From Schizosaccharomyces osmophilus (lineage: Eukaryota): a stretch of DNA of 64,000 nucleotides. This document shows positions 24,283-35,776 of this stretch, piece after piece. The notes beneath the pieces are model-generated. The model was given only the letters and a program-made list of their open reading frames with translations, had not been told where the DNA came from and did not search any database. Made by a program: the position numbers and the translations under genes. Positions within the stretch are counted from its first letter, which is position 1. Each line of letters starts with the position of its first letter. The stretch spans positions 5,208,001 to 5,272,000 of the forward strand of contig NC_079238.1 of NCBI RefSeq assembly GCF_027921745.1. Reading direction: 5' to 3'.

Positions 24283-24998
24283 ATGGGTCGTATGCACAGT
24301 AATGGAAAGGGTATGGCATCCTCTGCTTTGCCCTACGTTCGCTCTCCTCCCGCTTGGTGCAAGGCTGATGCCGAATCTGTTGTCGATCAAATCGTCAAGT
24401 TCTCCAAGAAGGGTATGTCCCCTTCTCAAATTGGTGTGACTCTTCGTGACTCTCATGGAGTCCCTCAAGTTCGCTTTATTACTGGTATGTTTTCAACGAA
24501 TGGTCGGTATTTGTGAGCGGAATTTTTTTATTTAAAAATTTCACTGGCTCTGAAAAATCGTCCAGGAACTCGATTTGGAAAAAATTCTAACTTCTGTAGG
24601 TCAAAAGATCATGCGTATCTTGAAGGCTAATGGTATGCCCTTAATTACATAGATTTAATATGCCTCTGTTTGGTTTTGTGTGCTGACAGAGTGATAGGTC
24701 TTGCTCCTGAGCTCCCCGAGGATCTCTACAATCTTATCAAGAAGGTAAGTTATCACACAAAAAAATTATTGCAGCTGCTCGTTTGGTAGTTGCATGCTTG
24801 GTTACGGGTTATTAACAACCATAGGCCGTTACCGTCCGTAAGCACTTGGAGCGTAACCGTAAGGACAAGGACTCCAAGTTCCGCTTGATTCTCATCGAGT
24901 CTCGTATCCACCGTCTTGCTCGTTACTACCGCAAGGCCGGTGCTCTTCCTCCTACCTGGAAGTACGAGTCTGCCACTGCTTCTGCTTTGGTTGCTTAA
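24283..24998 (+). CDS. rps13: 40S ribosomal protein S13 (uS15), 4 exons
   Basis: [18 protein letters not shown]...[10 protein letters not shown]...[11 protein letters not shown]...[13 protein letters not shown], with three introns. Confidence 0.97.
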
Positions 24999-25485
24999 GC
25001 TTGTCAAGGTACGGCAAAGTGAATTCTTGGTTGAAATTCGCATTTGGGCTAGAGAATAAGATTGTTACAAAAAAAAACTTAGTGTGATTGAAAGTTACAT
25101 CTTCTTGTAGTAACGGTAGTCAAATTTGTAAGAAAATGTAGAAGTGTAGTAGAAAGCTGAAAGTAGGAAGGAAGCAACTGTTCGGTATGTTCAGGATCAT
25201 TTATTGTCTTGCTAGTTTTGGATATTACGAAATCTCTCGATTTCTGGATATGTAAACAACAGAGGGAAACCGCTTCTACCGTTAACAACTATCTGAAGTT
25301 TTGCCAAGGATATCAACACTCTAACGGGGTATTAGCCCTTAGTCATTCTTTCTTTTTGGATTTATTTTGTTTCGTTCTTTTGTATACTATAACTTTTATG
25401 GGGTTGTATTCGCGAAGCTACAATAGAATGAAGATACTAGCTCCGATAACTATTCTTCAGTCGTCCTTTTAATGTATCGGTTATT

Positions 25486-28400
25486 ATGGGAATTGTACGT
25501 TTACGATCTCAATTGCGTATTTACATTACAAGTCTGATCGTTTTCACTTTTTTTAATTGTGTTTTTCCAGTTCTTTCTTCTGATGTTTCTTTCTTAGGTC
25601 CTTTCGCAGGATTCAATTATTTGTCACAGCCTATTATTTCTTCTAATGCCTCATCTCAACTTTATAAACAGTATAAAAATGGTTCATGGACTCCGATGTC
25701 TCTACCACTTCCTTCTTTGAATGATTTTTGCTTTACCACAATTCCAAATAGTAATAAAACCTACCTGCCCATTTTTGATCGATGGGAATCCTCTTTAACT
25801 GTCCATGAATTATTTTCCAATACTTCTTATGAGCTCCTTTCCCATAATAATCCGTCTATATCTTCTCATTTGCATTCCATTTTTTGTGATGATTATTCCC
25901 CTTTTCTATATGGTTTAGCCAATGCATCAAACCCGTCCAGCAACATTACTAGACTCTACCGGTGGAATTTGACTGATCCTTTGCCTGCTGCTGAATATAT
26001 GTACTCATTTGAAGATCATGTCTCTTCCGTTTCACCTATAGCAAATAATAAGGTTTCTGTGCAGGGAGATTTTACCCATGGTACACCCTTTATACCTACA
26101 AAAGATGTTCAAATAGCGAAGCTTGGTTTTCGTTCTTTTGCTCAACTATCAAAAAACTCTCACAGTACTTCTTTAATGGATATGTCTTGTTTATCCAATA
26201 CTTCGTTGTATATTTGGGATATTTCTGATTCCAATTCTGTATGCCTTAATGCTTGGACTCTTTATCAAACTGATTTGTATTCCGTTCGAATTTATACCGA
26301 CAAGAGCGTTGCCTCTTCAGCTACCTCATTTCATTTGACTGATCCATTTAACGAATCAGTGCTAACCTTGACATACAAAGCTACAGAAAAATCTGGCTTT
26401 GAAGTCTGTACTTTGAATTGCCCTTTAAATTCGTCAGAAGGATACCAAGACTTTTATTTTCCTAAAGGTTGGACTTCTTGGCAAGTAAATGTGCATCTTT
26501 TTAATGAGGCTCCTGCTGCTGATTCAGTCGCTGTTCAAGGGATTCAATTCTTCCAAAAAAACGCCATTTCTTATTTCGAAGATTCTTTCAATCAAAATGC
26601 TTGTCATTTTCCTGGTTACAATTCTCTTTCAAACCATACCGGGAGTTGGACACTTTCGCCAAAGAATGCATCTATGCCTTACTGGACTTCATCAGTTTCT
26701 ACAGAGAATGTTTCAGCTGTATTTAAACCAAATATTACCTACTCCACAAATGCTTCACTAGATTTAATGATTCCTGGCTGTCGTTACGATAATACTTGCT
26801 GGAGGCGACATGATGCTGTCGTCAAAGTTTATTATGCTGCAGACACTTCTCCAAGCAAAAGGGTGATCTCCCAGCATTACCTTGATGATCAGTATGTTAC
26901 AGTGTATAGTGGCTTTCTGCAAGGTTCATCTTCATCCTTTCGGCCTTATGTGGAAATTCTGCCTTTTGAGAATCATAGCTTGGTTGCCCATTCTCTTCGA
27001 TGTCAAGAAAACATATGGGAGGATAATAAGAACGGTTTTGCTATTTTGTCATTTTCTAGTTCGAATAATTCGATGAAACCAGATAGCAGTTTTTCAACTT
27101 TTGAGGATATATCAAGCAAGTCTGTGAACGCAGTCCGAATTTGCACTTTAGGTGTATGTCTCGGTGGTGACTTCGATTCTAAATATGGAAGAAATTTGTT
27201 ATACATGAATTCATCTGAAGCCCCCATGTCGTTTCCCGGTCGGGGCATGGACGGATCGGTTACGGATATATTTGACTATAAAGGTATAACGTATGTTTCA
27301 GGCTTATTTCAATCTCTTAACGATCAAAGCCAAGCCTTGAATCATGTTGCTATGTTTAACAACGGTGTTTGGGAGTCTCTTGGTTTTGGTACAAATGGGG
27401 CAGTTGAACAAATACGCACTATTACCCTTTTTGTGTTGGAACAACCGGCTACATACATTTCTTTTCGAGGAAATTTTACGGCTGTCTATAACAAGGATAA
27501 CGTGGCAATACCAGTGGATGGGTATGCATTGTGGGATCCCTCATTGCAGAGCTGGCTGAGTAATTCTGACTTGAGTACATATTTCTCTGGAACTATCCAA
27601 AGTATCGGTTTTAACAATGATTCAGCGATAGCTTTGGGAAAAGTAAGAGTTCTTGCTGATTACCCGACGGATAATGTTATGTATTTTGCGACATCTAAAG
27701 CCGTTAATTCTTTTGTTCCTGAATATTTACGTTATATTCCCTCGGATTTACAACTTCAGTCGATTGCAGATTATTTCCAAAACAATTCAATGGTTGTTTT
27801 GGCGACTGTAAATCGAAGCATTCACGATAATCCAAATTCAAACATCTATTTACTCAACAAGACAGGTGTTTCATTCCCGAAGCGAATCTTGAAATTGAAG
27901 GAAACAGTTTCAAAGGTTACCTCTATTGCGGATGAACTTTATATTTCAATTGGTGATACCAAGGATCCATACCTTGAGAATGGAAATTATTTCGTTTACA
28001 ATACTACTGCTAATGCATTCGCAAATGCGACCAGTTTCACGAAACTTCGCGGTAAAGTTGATACCATTTTGCCATCTTATAATACCCAACACTCTTTGGC
28101 TCTTTTTGGGGGAAATATAAGTACTATTGATAATAATTGTCAGGGACTGTGTCATTTTAATATTATTCAGAAAACGTGGCAGCAAGTGCATTATAATTAC
28201 AGTCATGGTATTGTTCACAGCATGGTTTATATGGGTGCCGATTACACGAAGGTCTTAGTCGGCGGAGACTTTTCTTTTGCAAATGGAAGAAGGGAGTATT
28301 TGATGATTTACGATACTGAGTCTTGCAATTTGTTTCCTTTTTCGGGAAACGTTTCGGTTACGAGTCCTGTGCATTGCGCAGCCAATTATCCCAACAATGC

Positions 28401-28944
28401 CATCTTCAACACCTCTTCGTTTCTTTTTTACGGGTACAATACTCAATCCAATGATCCTTACTTGATCCGTCTAGAAGGTTCTGAAAGAAAAGATATTTCC
28501 AAAGGGCTTTTATTGAGACAATCTAAAATAAAGTCTTTGGATATACTCGATGCGAATGTGTTTCCCGACATCCCTGTGAATGGATTCGTTACTGTTGCAT
28601 CAGGACTGCTCACTTTACAAGATCAAACGAGGGTTTCTTCTGCTTACTTTTTCAACAATACATGGTTTCCGTTATTGACAGCTGTAGATGGCAATGGCAA
28701 TGTACGATGCATCCATGATGTTGTCGTACTAAATTCAACATCACGGGCTATACGAAAAGTACATCCTCCGGGATCAGACAAAAGTGTAAGAAGCACTCGC
28801 CACGTCGTAATTATCAGCATGTGTCTCAGCATGGCTGTAATGTTTTTTATGATGTTCACGGCTTCGTTGTATGAGGCATTCTTCTGTTTTTTGCATCCAC
28901 ATTCTGTAGCAGTTGGCGATTACATTCAGTTGGAGGATTCGTAA
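25486..28944 (+). CDS. rax2: Cell polarity protein Rax2 (type I membrane glycoprotein)
   Basis: 1152 aa with a signal peptide, many NxS/T sites, GGDF beta-propeller-like repeats, an IPGC motif and a C-terminal TM helix. Position fits recalled synteny. Confidence 0.82.
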   Translation: MGIVRLRSQLRIYITSLIVFTFFNCVFPVLSSDVSFLGPFAGFNYLSQPIISSNASSQLYKQYKNGSWTPMSLPLPSLNDFCFTTIPNSNKTYLPIFDRWESSLTVHELFSNTSYELLSHNNPSISSHLHSIFCDDYSPFLYGLANASNPSSNITRLYRWNLTDPLPAAEYMYSFEDHVSSVSPIANNKVSVQGDFTHGTPFIPTKDVQIAKLGFRSFAQLSKNSHSTSLMDMSCLSNTSLYIWDISDSNSVCLNAWTLYQTDLYSVRIYTDKSVASSATSFHLTDPFNESVLTLTYKATEKSGFEVCTLNCPLNSSEGYQDFYFPKGWTSWQVNVHLFNEAPAADSVAVQGIQFFQKNAISYFEDSFNQNACHFPGYNSLSNHTGSWTLSPKNASMPYWTSSVSTENVSAVFKPNITYSTNASLDLMIPGCRYDNTCWRRHDAVVKVYYAADTSPSKRVISQHYLDDQYVTVYSGFLQGSSSSFRPYVEILPFENHSLVAHSLRCQENIWEDNKNGFAILSFSSSNNSMKPDSSFSTFEDISSKSVNAVRICTLGVCLGGDFDSKYGRNLLYMNSSEAPMSFPGRGMDGSVTDIFDYKGITYVSGLFQSLNDQSQALNHVAMFNNGVWESLGFGTNGAVEQIRTITLFVLEQPATYISFRGNFTAVYNKDNVAIPVDGYALWDPSLQSWLSNSDLSTYFSGTIQSIGFNNDSAIALGKVRVLADYPTDNVMYFATSKAVNSFVPEYLRYIPSDLQLQSIADYFQNNSMVVLATVNRSIHDNPNSNIYLLNKTGVSFPKRILKLKETVSKVTSIADELYISIGDTKDPYLENGNYFVYNTTANAFANATSFTKLRGKVDTILPSYNTQHSLALFGGNISTIDNNCQGLCHFNIIQKTWQQVHYNYSHGIVHSMVYMGADYTKVLVGGDFSFANGRREYLMIYDTESCNLFPFSGNVSVTSPVHCAANYPNNAIFNTSSFLFYGYNTQSNDPYLIRLEGSERKDISKGLLLRQSKIKSLDILDANVFPDIPVNGFVTVASGLLTLQDQTRVSSAYFFNNTWFPLLTAVDGNGNVRCIHDVVVLNSTSRAIRKVHPPGSDKSVRSTRHVVIISMCLSMAVMFFMMFTASLYEAFFCFLHPHSVAVGDYIQLEDS

Positions 28945-29235
28945 ACCCATGAGATGGTTATGAAGCAACTGTATTTCTTTCTCTTTTTTTTTTATATTTT
29001 TCTTGTATCGTATAAGATTCGTTCTTTAATGTAACTCACTCGCTATCTTCTATTCATTTGACATTTTTTTGGTGGTTCTTGTTCATAAGATGAAAATAAA
29101 AAGTATTTCATTAACATAAGATTTGTCTTTTCAGAGAGATAGTAGTATATGCATCCGGTAACCATAGCAAACAAATTCGTAGGACGTCAAACCTTTCATA
29201 TAAGAAAATAAGCGATTGTAAGAAGCTTGGGGATT

Positions 29236-29674
29236 TTAACCAAGGAAATTGACAGCAAAGAAATGAAGGACTATACTCGAAAAGCAAAATTCCAGGAAAG
29301 CACTAGGAAAAAACAGTTAGTAAATGAAACAAAGTTTGGAGGATATGAAACTATTAGGCTGATGGGGTTTTTACTTACCGTTTATTTGAGGTAAAAGGAG
29401 ACCATTTGGACTTCACATCGTTTTCATCTTGAGAAGTCAAACTCATACGAAATCCTACAGTGATTACAAATTGACCCACACAACTGATAAACCCAGAGAG
29501 AAAAGAATTGAAAGGGTACGTTCCTACGAGAACAGCATAGAGGAATTGCAACCCACCGAGAACAACGAGAAAACCCAAGAAAGAGTCAATAATTTTTAAA
29601 GAAGAGTTAGTGTTTTTGTTGTAAGAGGAAAAGAATGCATCCAGAGAAGAAGCGTTCGCTGTTTTTGGTGCCAT
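29236..29674 (-). CDS. ost2: Oligosaccharyltransferase subunit Ost2/DAD1, 2 exons
   Basis: LVGTYPFNSFLSGFISCVGQFV motif. Exon 2 after one intron reads RAFLEFCFSSIVLHFFAVNFLG. Confidence 0.93.
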
Positions 29675-31988
29675 TTTGACTTTGTGGAGTATGAAGTTGG
29701 TAGAGGGATCAGCTGGCAGGGAGAAGACATATGAAACGAAAGAGAAGGCAGATTTTAAAAATAGGAGTATTTATGCAGCTTTTATTTAAAAAGAAATTTC
29801 ATTGCTTATGAAATGACTGTAACGACATGAGAAATGTACAACATTTTGTTCCTAGGTTGCAAGGATCCATGCTTACCGTTGATGAGATACACAATGAAAG
29901 GCTTCTACGCTTTTGATATTTACGATATATGCATTTTCGTTTTTCTTAGCGGATGAAATCTTGGTTAAGCATGATGAGCCATGAATTTGACGAGTATTTT
30001 TCGTTTACAAGAGGTTTATGACAAAGAAGCAGTAAATATATATTCTTCTGCTTAATTTTATACTCGTATGTTCTTTCAAAAGGTCCAAAAGCTCTAAAGA
30101 CGACCAATACATTAGAAGCAGCTATGTCTAACAAGTAGAGGTCATAATTTTAGAAGCAAAGAGTTCTATAAACCATTCATTAGAAGAAGAAACTTCTCTA
30201 TTCAATAACTGGCTTTTCTTGTCCATAGTAGCTGAGCGAAATTTGGCCAAGATGACCAATGTCGAAATACCAATCGAAAAAGTAGCTGACCAATGCTCGT
30301 ATTTAAAAGGCAATTCAGATGTGTCGTTAAATCAACTAAATCAAAGATAATAGAAGAAAAAAGGAGGCTCTTGCTTATGAAGATGATCATGCTATCACGA
30401 AAGCAATGTTTCTCTTCGGGAATCCATCATAAGCATTCCATAGAATTGCTTTTACTTGCGTACTAAGGCTCTTGTAAAGTTCACTGCGCTAGTATGCCGT
30501 TTTGGCTCCGAATCTATTTTCTTATAGCATTTTATCGCCATAAAGGAAGACAATCAAGTTTTTACACTTTTACAGATGCGATACTGAAACGTTTGAGTAG
30601 AAATTAACATAATTAGTATCTCTATGCCGAATTAGTCGATTGATAATTCGAACAAGGATCAGCATCAGTCTTTCCTTCTTCTCTTGAGCCTGTAGGAATA
30701 GCAACTGTGGATTCCAATTCTAAAGAAAAAACCCTCCTGAGGGAAACAGAATCAATTGCTTTGAAAATATATCCTTTTGTATAAGATTCGGACTGCTTCT
30801 CAGCTGCTTTCAATCATGGCCGAAGTAGATAACCATTGAATTTTGTTCATGCTCTAGTCCATTTACTAAGGAGACAGAAGAGTTGATGATTGAAATATAG
30901 ATCTCGAAAGCATAAACCAGCATCAAATTTTAGCCGCATACGATAAACAAAATAGAATTTTGTTAAAATGAACATCCACGTACCTAAGCCAGATCGATGA
31001 AAGCGGACCCTGAAATAAAGAATGAGTATTTCTTCAATGGATTTCGATCTTCGAATGAGATTCTTTCTAATGATTCCCCTTATGTACCTTCAACATTATC
31101 CAGCTCGAGCTTCATAGTCTCACAGGGAAAAGTGAAGCGAACCGACTTGCCCCTTCCCTAATGGCAAGCTTTACATAATTTTAATCCTTGTTACAATGTA
31201 GTAATCATCGTAGCTCTATACATGTCTGACCTGTCTCTTCAGACGATGGGTTTCTTAACGACAGAACATACCAAAGCTTTTCCCCGCAAAGACGCTCAAG
31301 AAAAAATAGTTTATAGTCTGAAAAAGTACTACTTCCAAAACATCAAGAAATACAAAATTGAGTAGTTTTCCATACTTTCTCTCGACCAAAGTTTTTCCAG
31401 TGTATAGTACGTACCAAAATGATCCTATACTATTTTGACATGTAAGTTTGAAAAATAGCCAATCCTGATTTCCAAGGAATAGCCCCATTAAACATTTACC
31501 TTTTATTATATTATGTCTTCCAAGTTCAGTCTGTTGAGCAACATGATTTAATTAGCAAAGCTGCTCCACCATGGGCATGAAATAATAAAGGCAAGATAGG
31601 TATACCAAGATAGTACATGAACCTATATCAAAGATTATCCTATTAATTTTTCGGGGAACGATGTAGCCTCGCCTTCAATGAATAGTCTTAAGAACTATCA
31701 AAGGTCGGCTGGAAATCACTAAAGAGCCTTATGGGACTTGGAAATACGTTTGATCGATAAGAACTGTAAGGAGATTGTACAAATTAATTCATAAAAGGAT
31801 CTCCTTTTTTATCCCAAGAACCAAAGGCAAAAACTAAAAACTACCTTGTTTCTGAAAACCAAGAGACTTCGTTTTTAGAACTGATCAGTTAATCGCATAC
31901 CTTTTAAAATTTCTTTTTTTTATTTTCGTCTTCATTTTAAATTTGTATTCTCCTTTTACTTCGTTTGTTTCTGTTCAAAATAAAGATA

Positions 31989-33413
31989 ATGAAATCGCGG
32001 TTTTCACTGAAGAAGACCAACTGCGACTTCCTCCGATCTGGCCGCTTTCAAAATTTAATTGCATCAAGCATTCTTTTTTGTTGTCCTGGTATATATCTCG
32101 CAGTTACTGGTTTGGGCGCTGGAGGCGGTCACCCTTCTGCATTTCATCTCGCAGATGTTACCAACACTCTACTGTATGCCTTGTTTGCTGTATTTGGATG
32201 GTGTGGTGGACCTCTTTTAAAATTCATAGGCCCACGATGGGCTTTGGCGATTGGAGCTACGGGCTATCCTTTTTATATCGGCGGTCTTTGGTATTACGAT
32301 CACACTGGAAAGCAGGGGTTTCCAATTTTTACAGGTGCTTTTCTGGGTGTAGCAGCTGGTTTCCTTTGGTCTGCATCAGCATATGTCGGTCTTGCCTATT
32401 CGTGTCTCCACCAAAAATCTCAATTCATGTCCACACAATGGAGTATTCTCGCTCTGGGCAGTACGGTTGGATCATTTATTGCCTTCGGTCTCAATTATCG
32501 TTCAAAAACTACTGGTGTTCCTGAAGCAGTATACATTATTTTTATCATCATCATGTTTGTGGCGGTCCTTTTAGCGACCTTGTTTATGCAAGATCCATCC
32601 AAGGTAAGGAAATCCGACGGATCTAATGCTCTTCCGCCAAAAGAAACGGCATTCTCACAAGAGTTGAAAGGTCTTCTCGCCGCCGCCAAAGATTGGCGTT
32701 TACTAGCGCTCCTACCGGCTGCTTTTGCCTCTCAAAGTACTGTGGCTTTTGCATCTCATCTGAATTCTTACTACTTTTCATTGCGTACACGGTCCTTAAA
32801 CAACGTTTTGTATTGGTCTATCCAGTTGTTTCTTCCTTATTTGCTTACGGCCATCTTGGACGCGAAACGCTTTCAGCGTAGAAACCGCGGCCTTTTTGGA
32901 CTCTCTATTCAGGCCGTTATTCTCATCGTTACTTTTTGTGGAGAAGTTGCCTGGATTTCAAAAAACAATATTGATCTCCATCAAACCTCGCCCAATCTTG
33001 ACTGGACTGACCCCGGTTATGGGAAGGCTATCGTTCTTTATTTGCTTATGGGAGCCCAGTATTGCACATCTGTCATCTCTATACAATGGTGTGTTTCACT
33101 TTTGGTGAACGATCCGAATATGTATGCCAGTTACGCTGGCTTGTACAAGGGTACCACAGCTGCTGGAATGTGCGGTTCCTTTGGTATCGATGCGGCTGGT
33201 GTTTCTTTTAGAAACCAAGCTATCATTTATCTTGTATTTATAATTATGCTGTCTACTTCCCAGCTCAGTATAACGGCACTCTGTGGAAACAAATCTTCTC
33301 TTTCTGAAGAAGAGCTTTCCAAATCTCCCATTGTCATTGAAGGGTCCGACTATCCTCAAAATTCCAGTTCTTCTGAGAGTGACAAAAAGGAAAAACTCGA
33401 AAATTCCTTGTGA
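31989..33413 (+). CDS. MFS/UNC-93-like transmembrane transporter
   Basis: About 12 hydrophobic helices; FCCPGIY, YFSLRTRSLNN and AGLYKG motifs. First ATG at 31989. Confidence 0.8.
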   Translation: MKSRFSLKKTNCDFLRSGRFQNLIASSILFCCPGIYLAVTGLGAGGGHPSAFHLADVTNTLLYALFAVFGWCGGPLLKFIGPRWALAIGATGYPFYIGGLWYYDHTGKQGFPIFTGAFLGVAAGFLWSASAYVGLAYSCLHQKSQFMSTQWSILALGSTVGSFIAFGLNYRSKTTGVPEAVYIIFIIIMFVAVLLATLFMQDPSKVRKSDGSNALPPKETAFSQELKGLLAAAKDWRLLALLPAAFASQSTVAFASHLNSYYFSLRTRSLNNVLYWSIQLFLPYLLTAILDAKRFQRRNRGLFGLSIQAVILIVTFCGEVAWISKNNIDLHQTSPNLDWTDPGYGKAIVLYLLMGAQYCTSVISIQWCVSLLVNDPNMYASYAGLYKGTTAAGMCGSFGIDAAGVSFRNQAIIYLVFIIMLSTSQLSITALCGNKSSLSEEELSKSPIVIEGSDYPQNSSSSESDKKEKLENSL

Positions 33414-33854
33414 TCTTGCTTCTTTCAAAAAACGAACTTCTAATGTATGATTTTCATGGTTAATGTACCTCTTATTCTATTGTGTATGACTTTCCCAATC
33501 TTTTTCAATTAAATTTTTTTACGAATCGTTAAGAATGAAATTTCCTTTTTATAAGAGACCTTGGCAACCACGGAACCGCCAGTAGCGCAGCATCATTTCA
33601 GAAGACAAAAATCATTACCAGTTCAAGAAACATGCTTTGATCCTGCTGTAGAGCCATACTTTCAAAATGAAATCCAATTGTTTTTTCATGTAAACAAACC
33701 TCTTCATTGTGACTTGTTGTTACCCAAGAGCGTATAAGAAATTTTTGACTACTGAAAAGAAGTCACCTTCTACCAACCACATCTTGAAGGAGCGTGGTTG
33801 TGTGAAGCCAAGTTTTATTGATTTGAATTGGCTTTAATAAGTACTAAATACAAC

Positions 33855-35776
33855 ATGGGAACTTTCAAAAAAGAGCAAAGCAGAGTGGGCCGTGAAGGCG
33901 CCGAAAAGAAGCCCGGTAACTTGCGTGTTAAAGGTGAAAACTTTTATCGTGACGCCAAAGATGTTGCTAAGGTGAACATGTTTCGTGGCGGTAAAGCCAA
34001 GCACAATGCACAAGGTGAGCTAGTACGTGCCGCTGACTTTCAATCCAATGAAGTTCCAAAAGCTCGTGTTCAACCAGATCGTCGCTGGTTTAATAACACT
34101 CGAGTCATTGCACAACCTACGCTTACTCAGTTTCGTGAAGCTATGGGACAAAAGGCAAATGATCCTTATCAAGTTTTGTTAAGAAGAAACAAATTGCCAA
34201 TGTCTCTTCTAGAGGAAAATTCTCACATTCCTAAAGTTCGTGTCCTTGAATCCGAACCATTTGATACTACATTTGGTCCTAGAGCACAAAGAAAGCGCCC
34301 AAAGCTTGCCGTTGATTCTCTTTCCGATTTAGCAAACGCTTCGAGCGAAAGACAAAATGCATATGAAGAAAAAGAAGAAGAGCGCATTTTGTCGAATCCA
34401 GAGCCGGAAAGTGATGTTACGATGGCTGCCCGGGATGCTATTTTTAACAAAGGTCAATCAAAACGTATTTGGAATGAACTTTACAAAGTTATCGATTCAA
34501 GTGATGTTTTGTTACAGGTTTTGGATGCTCGTGATCCCATGGGAACACGATGCCGATCTGTTGAGCGCTATTTGAAAAAAGAGGCTCCTCATAAGCATAT
34601 GGTTTTGGTTATTAACAAAATTGATTTAATTCCAACTTCTGTTGCGGTAAGTAATTGCTTTTGAATATTTTGAAATGTTATAATTCGTGGTCCTTAACAG
34701 GAACCCATTGTTAAGTCAGGACTCTTTCGTGTGCTTTAAGCACTACCATTTATCGAATGTAGTCTGTTACAACTATGGGATAGTAGACATGCCTACCAAA
34801 TGTATGCCCGTTTTGGTCATACCGGTATCGGTTGTATTGTCTTTTTTCAACGTTGAATACCGTCACCTTTTGTGGTCATTACGATGATTGTATTTTCAAG
34901 GATAAGACAAACATATATATCACCACGAATTATAATTATCAAATTTTAGTTTTGGAATTGTTTACTAACTCTTATTTTTAGGCGGCTTGGACTAAGATAT
35001 TAGCAAAAGAGTATCCTACAATTGCATTCCACGCTTCTATCAACAATTCTTTTGGTAAAGGATCTCTTATCCAGATTTTACGACAATATGCCTCTTTGCA
35101 TTCTGACAAGAAGCAAGTTTCTGTAGGATTGGTCGGATACCCGAACGCAGGGAAATCAAGTATTATCAACACTCTTCGTAAGAAAAAAGTCTGTAATGTT
35201 GCACCCATTCCAGGCGAAACAAAGGTGTGGCAATATGTAACGCTCATGAAGCGTATTTTCTTAATTGATTGCCCTGGTATTGTACCTCCCAGTTCTACCG
35301 ACTCAGATGCGGACTTGTTACTGAAGGGTGTTGTACGAGTGGAAAATGTTAGTAATCCAGAAGCTTACATTCCCACCGTCCTAACTCGCTGTAAGACTAA
35401 GCATTTGGAGCGTACGTATGAGATTACTGGATGGAGCGATTCAACTGAATTCCTTTGTATGCTCGCAAAGAAGAGTGGCCGTTTATTAAAAGGCGGTGAG
35501 GCTGATGAAGCTTCCATTGCAAAAATGGTATTGAATGACTTTATGCGAGGCAAAATCCCTTGGTTTGTTGGTCCTAAAGGTTTGTCCTCTTCTGAGGAGG
35601 ATGCATCTAAAAACGGAGATACTTTGACCGAAGAAACAATTGGAGAAGAAGGTCAAGAAGAAAATACAAATGATGACGGTAAAGAAGGTGCAGAGGAGTG
35701 GAATGGAATAGAGGAGTCAAAGGATGCTCCGTCAGCTGACGAAAAGACGGTTGCTGAATCTGTTACTGATGAGTAG
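33855..35776 (+). CDS. nog2: Ribosome-biogenesis GTPase Nog2/GNL2, 2 exons (33855-34646, 34982-35776)
   Basis: [31 protein letters not shown] and DCPG motifs of a circularly permuted GTPase. A 335-nt intron keeps the frame. Confidence 0.95.
34701..34916 (+). ncRNA. Intron-encoded box H/ACA snoRNA, snR191/U19-like
   Basis: 5' hairpin pocket AGTCA (34714-18) / GTTAC (34766-70) is complementary to LSU helix 69 GUAAC-UA-UGACU. H box ATAGTA at 34780, 14 nt from the pocket. 3' hairpin, then ACA at 34911 plus 3 nt. Budding-yeast NOG2 hosts snR191. Confidence 0.85.

Noticed and set aside
29675..31988. 2.3-kb spacer between ost2 and the transporter, checked for a hidden gene or LTR
   Set aside because: No coherent spliced frame, terminal repeats or target-site duplication found.
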